Shown here piece by piece: positions 29,787 through 38,542 of a stretch of 64,000 bases of DNA. The notes under the pieces are model-generated. The model was not told the DNA's origin. It worked only from the letters and a program-made list of their open reading frames with translations, and ran no database searches. Source of the DNA: an uncultured Chloroflexia bacterium (GTDB taxonomy: Bacteria; Chloroflexota; Chloroflexia; Thermomicrobiales; UBA6265). The stretch spans positions 128,001 through 192,000 of the forward strand of contig CAVRUC010000001.1 of assembly GCA_963724295.1 (NCBI GenBank), written 5' to 3'. Position 1 is the stretch's first letter, and each line of letters opens with the position of its first letter. Made by a program: the position numbers and the translations under genes.

Positions 29787-29942
29787 GATGGGGGATAGGG
29801 TGATGGGGTGATGGGGTGATCGGGGTCATAGGGGATAGGGAGAACGAGAACTCGTCTCCTATCACCCCATCACCGTGAGCGCAGCGACACACATCACCGC
29901 GAGCGCAGCGAGCAATCACCGCGAGCGAAGCGAGTAATCACC
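29787..29942. repeat. Composite intergenic repeat: GGGGTGAT-like octamers with an inverted copy, plus three 22-24 bp tandem units
   Basis: GGGGTGAT/GGGGATAG runs at 29787-29840 versus ATCACCCCATCACC at 29861-29874. ATCACCGYGAGCGMAGCGA units start at 29869, 29893 and 29915. Confidence 0.75.
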
Positions 29943-30963
29943 CACGTGCACCGGCCAGGCGGTGACCGTATTGCCGGTCGTAGAACTCCTGGAACCTCGG
30001 GTCGCGCTGTCGGATCGCCTGCCACCATCCCGGATTGGCCACATACCAGTCGATGGTGTCATGCAGCGTCTGTTGCCAGTCCCGACGCGGTTCCCAACCC
30101 AGCTCCTGGGTGATGCGGGTCGTGTCGAGGGCGTAGCGACGATCGTGACCCGGCCGGTCCTCGACATGGCGAATGAGTGACCGGGGTTTGCCAAGCCGGT
30201 CGAGGATGGCGTGCACGACGACAAGGTTCTCGCGCTCGTTGTCGGCAGCCACGTTGTACGCCCGTCCACTGGCGCCCCGTCGCAGCACGAGATCGATCGC
30301 CGCCGCGTGATCTTCCGCGTGGAGCCAGTTGCGGATCTGCCGCCCGTCACCATAGACCGGCAATGGCAGGTCCTGGAGGGCATTGGTGACGAAGAGCGGG
30401 ACCAGCTTTTCCGGGTACTGGCGGGGGCCGATCGTATTGGCGCCGCGGGTGATGACAACGTCCGTTCCGTATGAGACGGCGTAGGCCTGGCACATCAACT
30501 CTCCGCCCGCCTTGGCAGCCGAATAGGGAGATCGCGGCTGCAACGGAGAGTCTTCCGTTGCCGCCTGCCCGGCGGGAACATGGCCATAGACCTCATCGGT
30601 GCTCACCTGGAGCAGTCGTAGACCATTGGTCCGGGCCGCTTCCAGGAGGGTCATCACGCCGATCACGTTCGCCCGGGCGAATGCCCCGGGGTCGAGCAGT
30701 GAGCGATCGACATGCGACTCGGCGGCGAAGTTGACGATGGCATCGACATCCGCGGCAACCTGCCTGACGAGATCGGCGTCGGCGATGTCGCCCTGAACGA
30801 AGCGGAACCTGGGGTCGTTCCGCACCTCATCCAGATTCGCCATATTCCCGGCATAGGTCAGGAGGTCGAGACCAAGCACCTCATCGTCGGGGTGCTCGTG
30901 AAGCACGTGCCGCACGTAGGCGGAACCGATGAAACCGGCGGCGCCGGTAACCAGAATGCGCAC
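29938..30963 (-). CDS. rmlB: dTDP-glucose 4,6-dehydratase
   Basis: TGAAGFIG, FAAESHVDRS, VSTDEVYG, PYSAAK, QYPEKL, DRPGHDRRY. Confidence 0.96.
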   Translation of the reverse strand: MRILVTGAAGFIGSAYVRHVLHEHPDDEVLGLDLLTYAGNMANLDEVRNDPRFRFVQGDIADADLVRQVAADVDAIVNFAAESHVDRSLLDPGAFARANVIGVMTLLEAARTNGLRLLQVSTDEVYGHVPAGQAATEDSPLQPRSPYSAAKAGGELMCQAYAVSYGTDVVITRGANTIGPRQYPEKLVPLFVTNALQDLPLPVYGDGRQIRNWLHAEDHAAAIDLVLRRGASGRAYNVAADNERENLVVVHAILDRLGKPRSLIRHVEDRPGHDRRYALDTTRITQELGWEPRRDWQQTLHDTIDWYVANPGWWQAIRQRDPRFQEFYDRQYGHRLAGARG

Positions 30964-30965
30964 CG

Positions 30966-31946
30966 CTACAGCCCTCCACCTACACTCGCCCGTTCGCGCT
31001 CGGTCTGAAGCTCGGTCGCGAGAACCGGGACATACTCGCTTGCGGCCTCGCGCCAGTCCCGGAGCGTAATCCCCAACGCGGCCGCGCGCAGATTGCGCAG
31101 CGTACTGTCGGCCGGGCGGCGCGCCGGCAGCGGAAACCGTTCCAGAAACGCCTCGGTCGAGATCGGCCGCACCTGCTCCGGATCGAACCCGGCAGTTCTG
31201 GCCGTCTCCCGCGCCAGGGTGTACCGGCTGGCCCGCCCTTCGTTGACCAGATGAAAGATGCCCTCTCCGCGGCGAATGGCAAGCTGGACGAGTGCCTCCG
31301 CCAGGTCACCGGCGTAGGTTGGGCTGCCGAATTCGTCGTCGACGACCTCTATCCCGCCCCGGTCTCGCAGAACGGTGAGGACCGTGCGCGGAAAGTGCTT
31401 GCCCGCTCCTCCGTAGAGCCAGGCCGTACGGGCCACGGCAAACCCCGCATCCGCGTCCAGCACCGCATGCTCTGCCTTCAGCTTGGATCGACCATACGCC
31501 GAGATCGGCATCGTCGGAGCCTCCTCGGCATACGGCGCCCCACCGTCTCCCGGGAAGACCATGTCGGTGCTGACGGCGATCACGTAGGCCCCGGCGTCTT
31601 TCGCGGCGTCCGCGACGTTTCGCGTGGCCTGCGCGTTGGAGAGCTCGCCGCGCCGCGGTTCCCGCTCGATGCCATCAACGTCGGTGCAGGCAGCGGCGTG
31701 AATGACGACATCAGGCTCTACAGCCCGTAAGGCACGACTCGCGGCTTCGCGTTCAGCCAGGTCGACCGCGACGTCGATATCGGCGCCAGGACGGGAACCG
31801 AAGGCGATGACTGTCGCCCCCGAACGCCGTAGCGCAGGGACGAGGAAGCGGCCAAGCTGACCGGCGGCTCCGGTGACGACCACCCGCTGACCGGCCAGCC
31901 GGCGCCCTCTCGACCCCTCGACTCCTCGACTCCCCGACTCGCGCAC
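30966..31946 (-). CDS. rmlD: dTDP-4-dehydrorhamnose reductase
   Basis: TGAAGQLG, HAAACTDVD, STDMVF, YGRSK, GSPT, ARRP. The N-terminus is encoded by octamer repeats. Confidence 0.92.
   Translation of the reverse strand: MRESGSRGVEGSRGRRLAGQRVVVTGAAGQLGRFLVPALRRSGATVIAFGSRPGADIDVAVDLAEREAASRALRAVEPDVVIHAAACTDVDGIEREPRRGELSNAQATRNVADAAKDAGAYVIAVSTDMVFPGDGGAPYAEEAPTMPISAYGRSKLKAEHAVLDADAGFAVARTAWLYGGAGKHFPRTVLTVLRDRGGIEVVDDEFGSPTYAGDLAEALVQLAIRRGEGIFHLVNEGRASRYTLARETARTAGFDPEQVRPISTEAFLERFPLPARRPADSTLRNLRAAALGITLRDWREAASEYVPVLATELQTERERASVGGGL
31907..31938. repeat. Four imperfect octamer repeats (YCCTCGAC) at the rmlA-rmlD junction
   Basis: CTCTCGAC CCCTCGAC TCCTCGAC TCCCCGAC. Confidence 0.7.
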
Positions 31947-31947
31947 G

Positions 31948-33034
31948 TCAGACGACGTCGACACGCGAATGGTCGCCGAGCAGCAGGCGAATCGCCTGTG
32001 GGCGCAACGGGGATCGCTCGACGATGACTTCGCGGCCGATCAAGGAGTCCGCGATGCGCCGCTCGACACTGCGGATGATGCTGCCCTCCAGCACGATCGA
32101 GTGCTCGATCTCGCAGCCTGACAATTCGCAATTCGGACCAATCGCCGTGAAAGGGCCGATGTACGCGTCGCGCACCGAGGTGCCCGGTCCAATGACCGCG
32201 GGACCGCGAACGGTGCTGGCCGTGATCGAAGCTCCCAGTTTCGACGACGACCGGGCCGATGAGCGTCGATTCCGCGTCGACCTCCCCGTCGATCCGGCGC
32301 TGCAGCGAACCGAGGATGAGCCGGTTGGCCTCGAGCAAGTCGTCTTTCTTGCCGGTATCGATCCAGTCGTCACCGATGGTCTGGGCGCGGACGTCAAGGC
32401 CCGCGTCGATCAGCCCCTGGATGGCGTCCGTGATCTCGAGCTCGCCTCGCGCGGAAGGAACCAGCGTCGGCGTGATCTCGTGCACCTCGGGTCCGAAGTA
32501 GTAGACACCGATCACCGCGAGATCCGACACGGGCTCTCGAGGTTTCTCGACCAGCCGCAGAACCCGACCGTCCGGATCAAGCACGGCGACGCCAAGCGAA
32601 GACGGGTCGTCGACCCGGCGCAGCAGGATCTGCGCCGCACAGGGCTGTTCCCGGAACCGCTCGGTGTAGGAAACGATCCCTCCACCAAGAAAGTTGTCGC
32701 CGAGGAACATGCAGAAGGGCGAATCGTCTAGCCAGCTCCGGGCAGTGATGATGGCGTGAGCCAGGCCAAGCGGAGCGGGCTGCGGAATGTAGGTAACAGC
32801 AGCGCCGAATGCCGAGCCGTCGCCGACGGCCTGAATGACTTGGTCGGCAGTGTCGCCGGTGATGATGCCGATATCGGTGACCCCGGCTTCGACAAGCTGC
32901 TCCAGGGCGTAGAACAGCACCGGCTTGTTGGCCACGGGTACCAGCTGCTTCGCGCCGGTGGCCGTCAGCGGACGCAACCGCGACCCCTTTCCTCCGGCGA
33001 GCACCAATCCCTTCAACTTGCAGTTGCGGTCCAC
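31948..33034 (-). CDS. rmlA: Glucose-1-phosphate thymidylyltransferase (long form), apparent +1 frameshift near 32235
   Basis: LAGGKGSRLRPLT, KQLVPVANKP, LGDN, EKP, SARGELEITD, WIDTG. The hexapeptide tail continues in ORF 31948-32397. Confidence 0.93.
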
Positions 33035-33219
33035 GTTGCGAGCGGCCCTTTCCCATGTCGACCGAATCGGTGCCAGCCTCGGGCCGACGTGCCAGGGTAT
33101 GTAGGATAGTCCATCCCCTACCGGACCCAAGTTGGGTCCGGGCCCGGTGGTATAGTCCACGCAATTCCCGGCCCGGGCGCTTGCCATATTGGTTGGGCAG
33201 GCGTTCCCTGGAGAAAACC

Positions 33220-34494
33220 GTGGCAACCCGGCACCGCGTCAACCCACACGCACAGCTCGACGACGCGGTGCGTGAAGGGCCAGGTGACGCGGCGTGGCAT
33301 GGCCGCTTTCTCGGCGCCTTTGCGCGGCATCCTATATTCCGTCGTCTCTGGTTTGGTGCACTCGCGGCCTCGGTCGGCCAGTGGATGCAGCAGGTCGCGC
33401 TCGGCTGGCTGGCAATCGTCATGACGAACTCACCGGGGTTCGTGGGCATCGTCACCTTTTCCGCCGGTCTGCCGTTCCTCGTTGTCGCGCCATTCGGCGG
33501 AGCGCTGATCGACCGCATCGACCGCCGCAGGCTGATGCTTTCGTGCCAGGTACTGGCCTTTCTCCTGGCGACAGTGCTGGCATTCGACGTCATGAGTGGT
33601 CTCGTGCAACCCTGGCACCTGCCGATTGCGGCGTTCCTCAACGGGTCTCTGCAGGCACTACTGATTCCCACGCAACAATCCCTTGTGCCGGCGCTAGTCC
33701 CACGCGAGAGTCTGACCAACGCCGTCGCTCTGATGAGTGCCGGTCAAAACATGACCCGCGTGGTCGGTCCTTCGGTGGCCGGAATCGTGATTGGCACGAT
33801 CGGCGTGGGTCCAACGTTCCTCGCTCAGGCATTGGCCATCGCGGCGTCCTTCATTCTTGTATTGGGGATCGTCCTCCCGCCGCGAGCGCAACGAAGCGCG
33901 GGCAGGAAGGGAATCTTCGACGGAATTCGGCTCGTCGCCTCGCGCCCGGATCTGCGGTCGTTGTTTCTATTGGCCGCGATCCCAACGTTCTTCGTCTTTC
34001 CCTACATTGGGTTCCTTAACGTTTTCGCTCGCGACGTCCTTCACATCGGAGCGGGGGGGCTGGGACTACTGATGGCGGTTTCCGGCTGCGGCGCGGTCGT
34101 GGGGTCGCTTCTGGTGGCTGCGGCCGCGAGATCCGAGGGAACCGGGCGGCTATTACTGGGCATGACCGTCCTCTACGGACTCCCCATCGTTGGCGTGGCG
34201 CTCTCTCGGACCCTGTGGATCACCCTGCCCATGCTCTTCATGGCGGGGATGCTCGGGGCGGCGTTCATGAGTGGGAATAATGCTCTCGTTCAGCACCGCG
34301 TGACTGATGAAGTCCGTGGCCGCGTGATGGGCGCCTACATGCTGACGTGGGGATTGATGCCGCTCGGTGCGCTGCCAATGGGGATGATTGCGGACCGCAT
34401 TGGAATCTCGGTGGCTGTCGCCAGCGGCGCGGTCATCTCGTCCGTGCTGGTAGGAATCCTCGGCCTGGCATCGTCAGCCGTCCGTGATCTCTGA
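33220..34494 (+). CDS. MFS transporter (H+ antiporter / DHA3-like)
   Basis: FRRLW, GGALIDRIDRRRL motif A, RGRVMG. About 12 TM segments; GGAGA SD. Confidence 0.9.
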   Translation: MATRHRVNPHAQLDDAVREGPGDAAWHGRFLGAFARHPIFRRLWFGALAASVGQWMQQVALGWLAIVMTNSPGFVGIVTFSAGLPFLVVAPFGGALIDRIDRRRLMLSCQVLAFLLATVLAFDVMSGLVQPWHLPIAAFLNGSLQALLIPTQQSLVPALVPRESLTNAVALMSAGQNMTRVVGPSVAGIVIGTIGVGPTFLAQALAIAASFILVLGIVLPPRAQRSAGRKGIFDGIRLVASRPDLRSLFLLAAIPTFFVFPYIGFLNVFARDVLHIGAGGLGLLMAVSGCGAVVGSLLVAAAARSEGTGRLLLGMTVLYGLPIVGVALSRTLWITLPMLFMAGMLGAAFMSGNNALVQHRVTDEVRGRVMGAYMLTWGLMPLGALPMGMIADRIGISVAVASGAVISSVLVGILGLASSAVRDL

Positions 34495-35685
34495 AGTGAC
34501 CAACGGGGTGTCGGGGGTATTCGTGTCCACCAGTTCGAGCACGATTCGCTCCAGCTCACGCTCAGCTTGAGGCCCAAGCTCGCGTCCGGCCTCGGCAAGC
34601 TGCCGGAGGATCGAAGACAGATCAGCGACTGGTGGAGCAATGGGACCAAAGCGATCCCGCAGGACGCCGCGATACCAGGACCCCAGCCGCCGCCGGACTT
34701 GATTCGCCGACGGCGGGTCAGCGCCAACCGCCTGGGCGATCCGCGTTGCCAGCGGCCGTAAGTCGCGCCCAGGGATCGGTAAACCGGCGACCTGATCCAC
34801 CGCGGCTCGCTGGTTGCGAATCGTTTGCACGTCGGCGTCCCAGTGTCGGATCAGCTCGATCGCGGACGCGGCGTCACGGGACCGGCGCACCGCTTCGTCG
34901 CGTACGGCATCGATGTCGATGGCGATCACATCGTTATGGAGGAGCAGCGGTTTCGTCGCATCGAGCCAGAATCCGACCGCGGCTCGAGCCAACCGGAAGT
35001 AATAGACCCCGGCCATCAGGTTCTGATCCGGCCGGGCAGGGAGGTCATCGGTGGCGGCAAGCGGCGCGATGAGCTCGGCCCCCTGGACCCCGTCCCAGAA
35101 TCGATCCGCGGCGGCGGGGACCAAGACCACTTCTTCGCGACGAACCGTCGTCCGCACGATGCCCCGCCGGTGTCGCAACATCAGATGCGTCAGAGGGTAG
35201 TCCGGGCAGAGAAAGACGCCCGACTCGATCTGAATCCGGTCACTTACCCCACTCAGAATGCCCGGGACATGGTCCCGCAGCTCGAGCAAGCCTAGGACCA
35301 CTTCCGGGCTGACCTGCTTGGAGCGCGCGGTTTCGACCGAGAATTTGGCGTCCGCCGCCTGGATCGCTTGCTGGTCTCCGCGCTGGCCGATCAGCAGCAG
35401 ATCTGGATTCTGCAGGCCCCGTTTCGAGGCCGCCGCCGCTATGGCCGGTGTGGCGTCGAGCCGGTCCACCCGGACGATTTGTAGCGGCTCCTGGTCGTCG
35501 GCGTGAATGCGGCGTTCGGTACCGATCCACGTCGCCACGTGCTCCGCGGCGATGTCGGCCCAGCGGTCGCCGATGAGGTTGCTCGCTCCACCACGGTCGG
35601 CAAAACCCATCACCTCGCGGTCGAACAGCGCCGAGACCAGGTCGCCCCCCGGCAACAGCGGCGAGCGTGTGTTATCGCCCTTCAT
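34474..35685 (-). CDS. Hypothetical protein with a PD-(D/E)XK-like motif
   Basis: Long clean ORF with GGAGG SD. NPDLLLIG...IQAADAKFS. Confidence 0.7.
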   Translation of the reverse strand: MKGDNTRSPLLPGGDLVSALFDREVMGFADRGGASNLIGDRWADIAAEHVATWIGTERRIHADDQEPLQIVRVDRLDATPAIAAAASKRGLQNPDLLLIGQRGDQQAIQAADAKFSVETARSKQVSPEVVLGLLELRDHVPGILSGVSDRIQIESGVFLCPDYPLTHLMLRHRRGIVRTTVRREEVVLVPAAADRFWDGVQGAELIAPLAATDDLPARPDQNLMAGVYYFRLARAAVGFWLDATKPLLLHNDVIAIDIDAVRDEAVRRSRDAASAIELIRHWDADVQTIRNQRAAVDQVAGLPIPGRDLRPLATRIAQAVGADPPSANQVRRRLGSWYRGVLRDRFGPIAPPVADLSSILRQLAEAGRELGPQAERELERIVLELVDTNTPDTPLVTSEITDG

Positions 35686-35852
35686 CGGCCTCCGCGCGCT
35701 GAGCTCGCGATTCCCGCGGTCTTCGCCATCACTCTCTGGTACCTATCACGTGCAAATGACCCCCCGCACACGGCGGCTGAGAATACCAGCGTCGATGATG
35801 CGCCTGCCCTGACCTCAACTGACCCGCACCTCAACCCCTCTCCCAACGCTTG

Positions 35853-35961
35853 CCCTCACCCCCAACCCCCTCTCCCGGCTCCGACAGCGAGGGGGCTCTC
35901 TGCCCGGCGGGGCGTTCTCCCTTCTCCCCGCTCCCAGGGGAGAAGGGCCGGGGATGAGGGG
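35853..35961. repeat. REP-like palindromic element
   Basis: CCCTCACCCC...GGGGATGAGGG outer inverted repeat. Inner perfect stem CCCTTCTCCCC/GGGGAGAAGGG at 35919-35947. Confidence 0.7.
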
Positions 35962-36020
35962 TGTCTCGGGCATGAGCGGTTAGCGCTCGGGATGATGAGT
36001 GCTCGCGACCCAGCCATCGG

Positions 36021-38150
36021 TTACTTGACCGCACGTCGCCGCACGATGAGTCCCGCTAGCCCTGCCAGGCCAATCAGCGCAAGCACGCGCGCCGCCCAGT
36101 CGAGCGGCTGCACCGAGTAGACCAGCTCGGCCCGGGAAACCGGTTCGGCGGGTGTGAGCCAGATGTAGCCATCGCTCAGCCGATCGACCTCGACTCGGTC
36201 GGCATCGCTCGTCGCATCCCAACGTGGGTACCAGTTGACACGAACCGTCACCGGGGTTCCGGGCCTGGCGCTTAGCGCCTCGATTCGTCGATCGCTGAGC
36301 TCGAGTGACACCGCGTTCTGCGCGCCGAACGTCACCGTGGTCACCGGATCGACGATGGAATAGACGTCGTAAACGCCTTCTCGCACCGGTTGCAGGAGTG
36401 GCGAACGGGCCGCGGCCTCACGCGTGGGTCCGGTCACGGCGACGGCCCCGATGCCATGGCGCGCGAGATAGTCGCGCTCGAGGGTGCGCTGCGGGTCGGG
36501 GTAGTGGTGTCCGGCCAGAAAGTCGTACCCCGGCGTGCCCCCGTGATCGGGGTGCCAGTACCAGAGCCAGTTGTCGTAAAAGAGAGGCCGCGTGGTCCAG
36601 AGTGGCGCCCAGAGTTGCTGGTGCCAAGAGAGCGCCGATCCCAGCACCAACAGAGCGGTACCCGAAGGAGCCACCTCATCAGCCGCGCGGATCGCCTCCT
36701 CGAGATCCGCTTGTTCCGGTTGCGCGGACATTGGCACCGGGTAGAGACTGACCGCCGGAACCACAGGCGACGCCGGATCAAGCAACGGACCGCCGAGGGT
36801 CCGGGTCTGAACGAGGAGCATCGCCGCGGCGGCCCCCGCCGCCAGCAGCGGCGCCACCCACGGCCGCGAAGGCATGAGTTTGGAGACGACCCAGGCGAGG
36901 ATGATCCAGAATCCGACAGCCGCCAGATAGAGCGTCAAGAATCGCTGTAACGGCATGAGCCTGGTCGGCTCCAGCTGAGGCGCCAGACCGGCCGCGGCCG
37001 GTACGACCACCAGCGTTGCCGTGAGCACCAGGTAGAAGAGGAGCGCGGCCGCCGCCGAGGTGGTCGCCTGCCGCTGTCGAGCACGAAGCCCGACGATCAG
37101 ACCCAGCAGTCCCAGAGCGAGTACGGGCCAGGTGATGGCGGTCGCGCTCGTCACCGCGTAGTTGATCAGTCCGCTGTACCCGCTGTACTGGACAAAGGTG
37201 TACAGATCCCTGAACCGTGCCAGGGCTATCAGCTCGGGCGCTGCCAGCAGCGCCGCCAACACCGTCACCTGTGCGAGCCGTATTGAGATATCGCCGACGC
37301 CAGCAGCTGCGGGTCCCTGGTTCAACTCCGTGGGTCGGGCGACGCCCGCGTTGCCCCTACGGCCATGAACCGCGACCTCAGGCGGCGACAAATGTCCACC
37401 ATCCCCTGCCGGACGGAGTGGTGCGACTGCGTCGTTACGGAAGACCGCGGCGATCCACGCCCCTACTCCAATCGCGATCAGCGCCAGCAGCGATCGGGGG
37501 TTGCAGTAGATGGCGATCGCCGCGAGCGCGGCCGCGGTGACCCCTGACCAGCCCTCACCTGTTCGCAGAAACCGGACAATCGCGGGCATCATGCAGAGTG
37601 CGGCCACCGCGCCGGCGACATTGGTTACCAGGCCCCACTGCACCAGTTCGGTGTATCCGCCGTGGTACCAGCCGCCGGGGAGTGCGATGTGCAGCACGAA
37701 GGCGATGAGAGCGACCGCCGGGGACCAGCCGTCTTCGCGGGTCATGGCGGCAAATGCCGCGCCCGGCGCCAGAAAGAGCCCGATGATAGCCAGCGTGTGG
37801 GCACTCTCGGCAGGCAACTGCCCTAAAGACAAGCCGCGCACGACGACCTCGAGCCAGGCCTCGCCTAGGGGGTAAAACTCGACGGGGTACCCTCCCTGGT
37901 GCTGACCGATCCAGCGCGGCACGCTGCCGGACGCCAGCTCTCGCCAGAGGACCTCCGCTCGCGCCACGTGAAAGGGGTGATCGACGCTGGCGAAGGTATT
38001 CGGAAGGCGAGCGGTGCCTCCCGGGGTGACGACGTCTGCCGACAACGCCAGAGCACCCATGCGGACGGCGACGTAGAGGGCCACGAGCCCGAACGCCAAC
38101 CCCCACATCCAGCGCGTCGTCGATGCGTCAGGCCGTCGACCGCCGATCAC
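36021..38150 (-). CDS. Polytopic GT-C glycosyltransferase-like protein (YfhO / PTPS-related type)
   Basis: DHPFH after TM1, W...GGYPVEFYP, many TMs, and a C-terminal YfhO-like VRVNWYPRW. Confidence 0.65.
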   Translation of the reverse strand: MIGGRRPDASTTRWMWGLAFGLVALYVAVRMGALALSADVVTPGGTARLPNTFASVDHPFHVARAEVLWRELASGSVPRWIGQHQGGYPVEFYPLGEAWLEVVVRGLSLGQLPAESAHTLAIIGLFLAPGAAFAAMTREDGWSPAVALIAFVLHIALPGGWYHGGYTELVQWGLVTNVAGAVAALCMMPAIVRFLRTGEGWSGVTAAALAAIAIYCNPRSLLALIAIGVGAWIAAVFRNDAVAPLRPAGDGGHLSPPEVAVHGRRGNAGVARPTELNQGPAAAGVGDISIRLAQVTVLAALLAAPELIALARFRDLYTFVQYSGYSGLINYAVTSATAITWPVLALGLLGLIVGLRARQRQATTSAAAALLFYLVLTATLVVVPAAAGLAPQLEPTRLMPLQRFLTLYLAAVGFWIILAWVVSKLMPSRPWVAPLLAAGAAAAMLLVQTRTLGGPLLDPASPVVPAVSLYPVPMSAQPEQADLEEAIRAADEVAPSGTALLVLGSALSWHQQLWAPLWTTRPLFYDNWLWYWHPDHGGTPGYDFLAGHHYPDPQRTLERDYLARHGIGAVAVTGPTREAAARSPLLQPVREGVYDVYSIVDPVTTVTFGAQNAVSLELSDRRIEALSARPGTPVTVRVNWYPRWDATSDADRVEVDRLSDGYIWLTPAEPVSRAELVYSVQPLDWAARVLALIGLAGLAGLIVRRRAVK

Positions 38151-38542
38151 ATCTCCGCCGATGAGTCAGTCCCAGGCTCCGACGGAACATCGCGGAGACC
38201 AAGCGCCAGCCATAAGGCGACGGCGGCGATGACCAGGGTCGCGACGGCGGCGGCGGCCACGAGGAAGATCAGCGGCCCGGGTGCCCCCAGATCGGTCAAG
38301 AATTCGAGGAATCGCGACCAGATCACCCGCACAGGCATCCGCCGGCCGATCCAGTTGCCTGCTCCGATCCGCAACGTGCCGAAGGCGAGGAAGCCGACCA
38401 TCGCCAGGACCGATCCGGCCCATAGAACCATGAGCAAGCGGGGAAGCGCCGGGAACGACCGGGCGGCCGGCTCGGCCGGCGCCTCGGCAGGCAGGGTACG
38501 CGTCTCCTCACGCTGGGCGCGAGCGACCGTGATGTCAGCCAC
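38147..38542 (-). CDS. Small two-TM membrane protein
   Basis: Two hydrophobic helices. Overlaps both neighbours, suggesting translational coupling. Confidence 0.7.
   Translation of the reverse strand: MADITVARAQREETRTLPAEAPAEPAARSFPALPRLLMVLWAGSVLAMVGFLAFGTLRIGAGNWIGRRMPVRVIWSRFLEFLTDLGAPGPLIFLVAAAAVATLVIAAVALWLALGLRDVPSEPGTDSSAEM

Noticed and set aside
29869..29942. 22-24 bp repeats as a CRISPR array
   Set aside because: The units are directly tandem with no unique spacers, and there are no cas genes in the window.
1365..32236. Programmed ribosomal frameshifting or true pseudogenes
   Set aside because: No shared slippery sites and no further decay in the affected genes; assembly error is more parsimonious.
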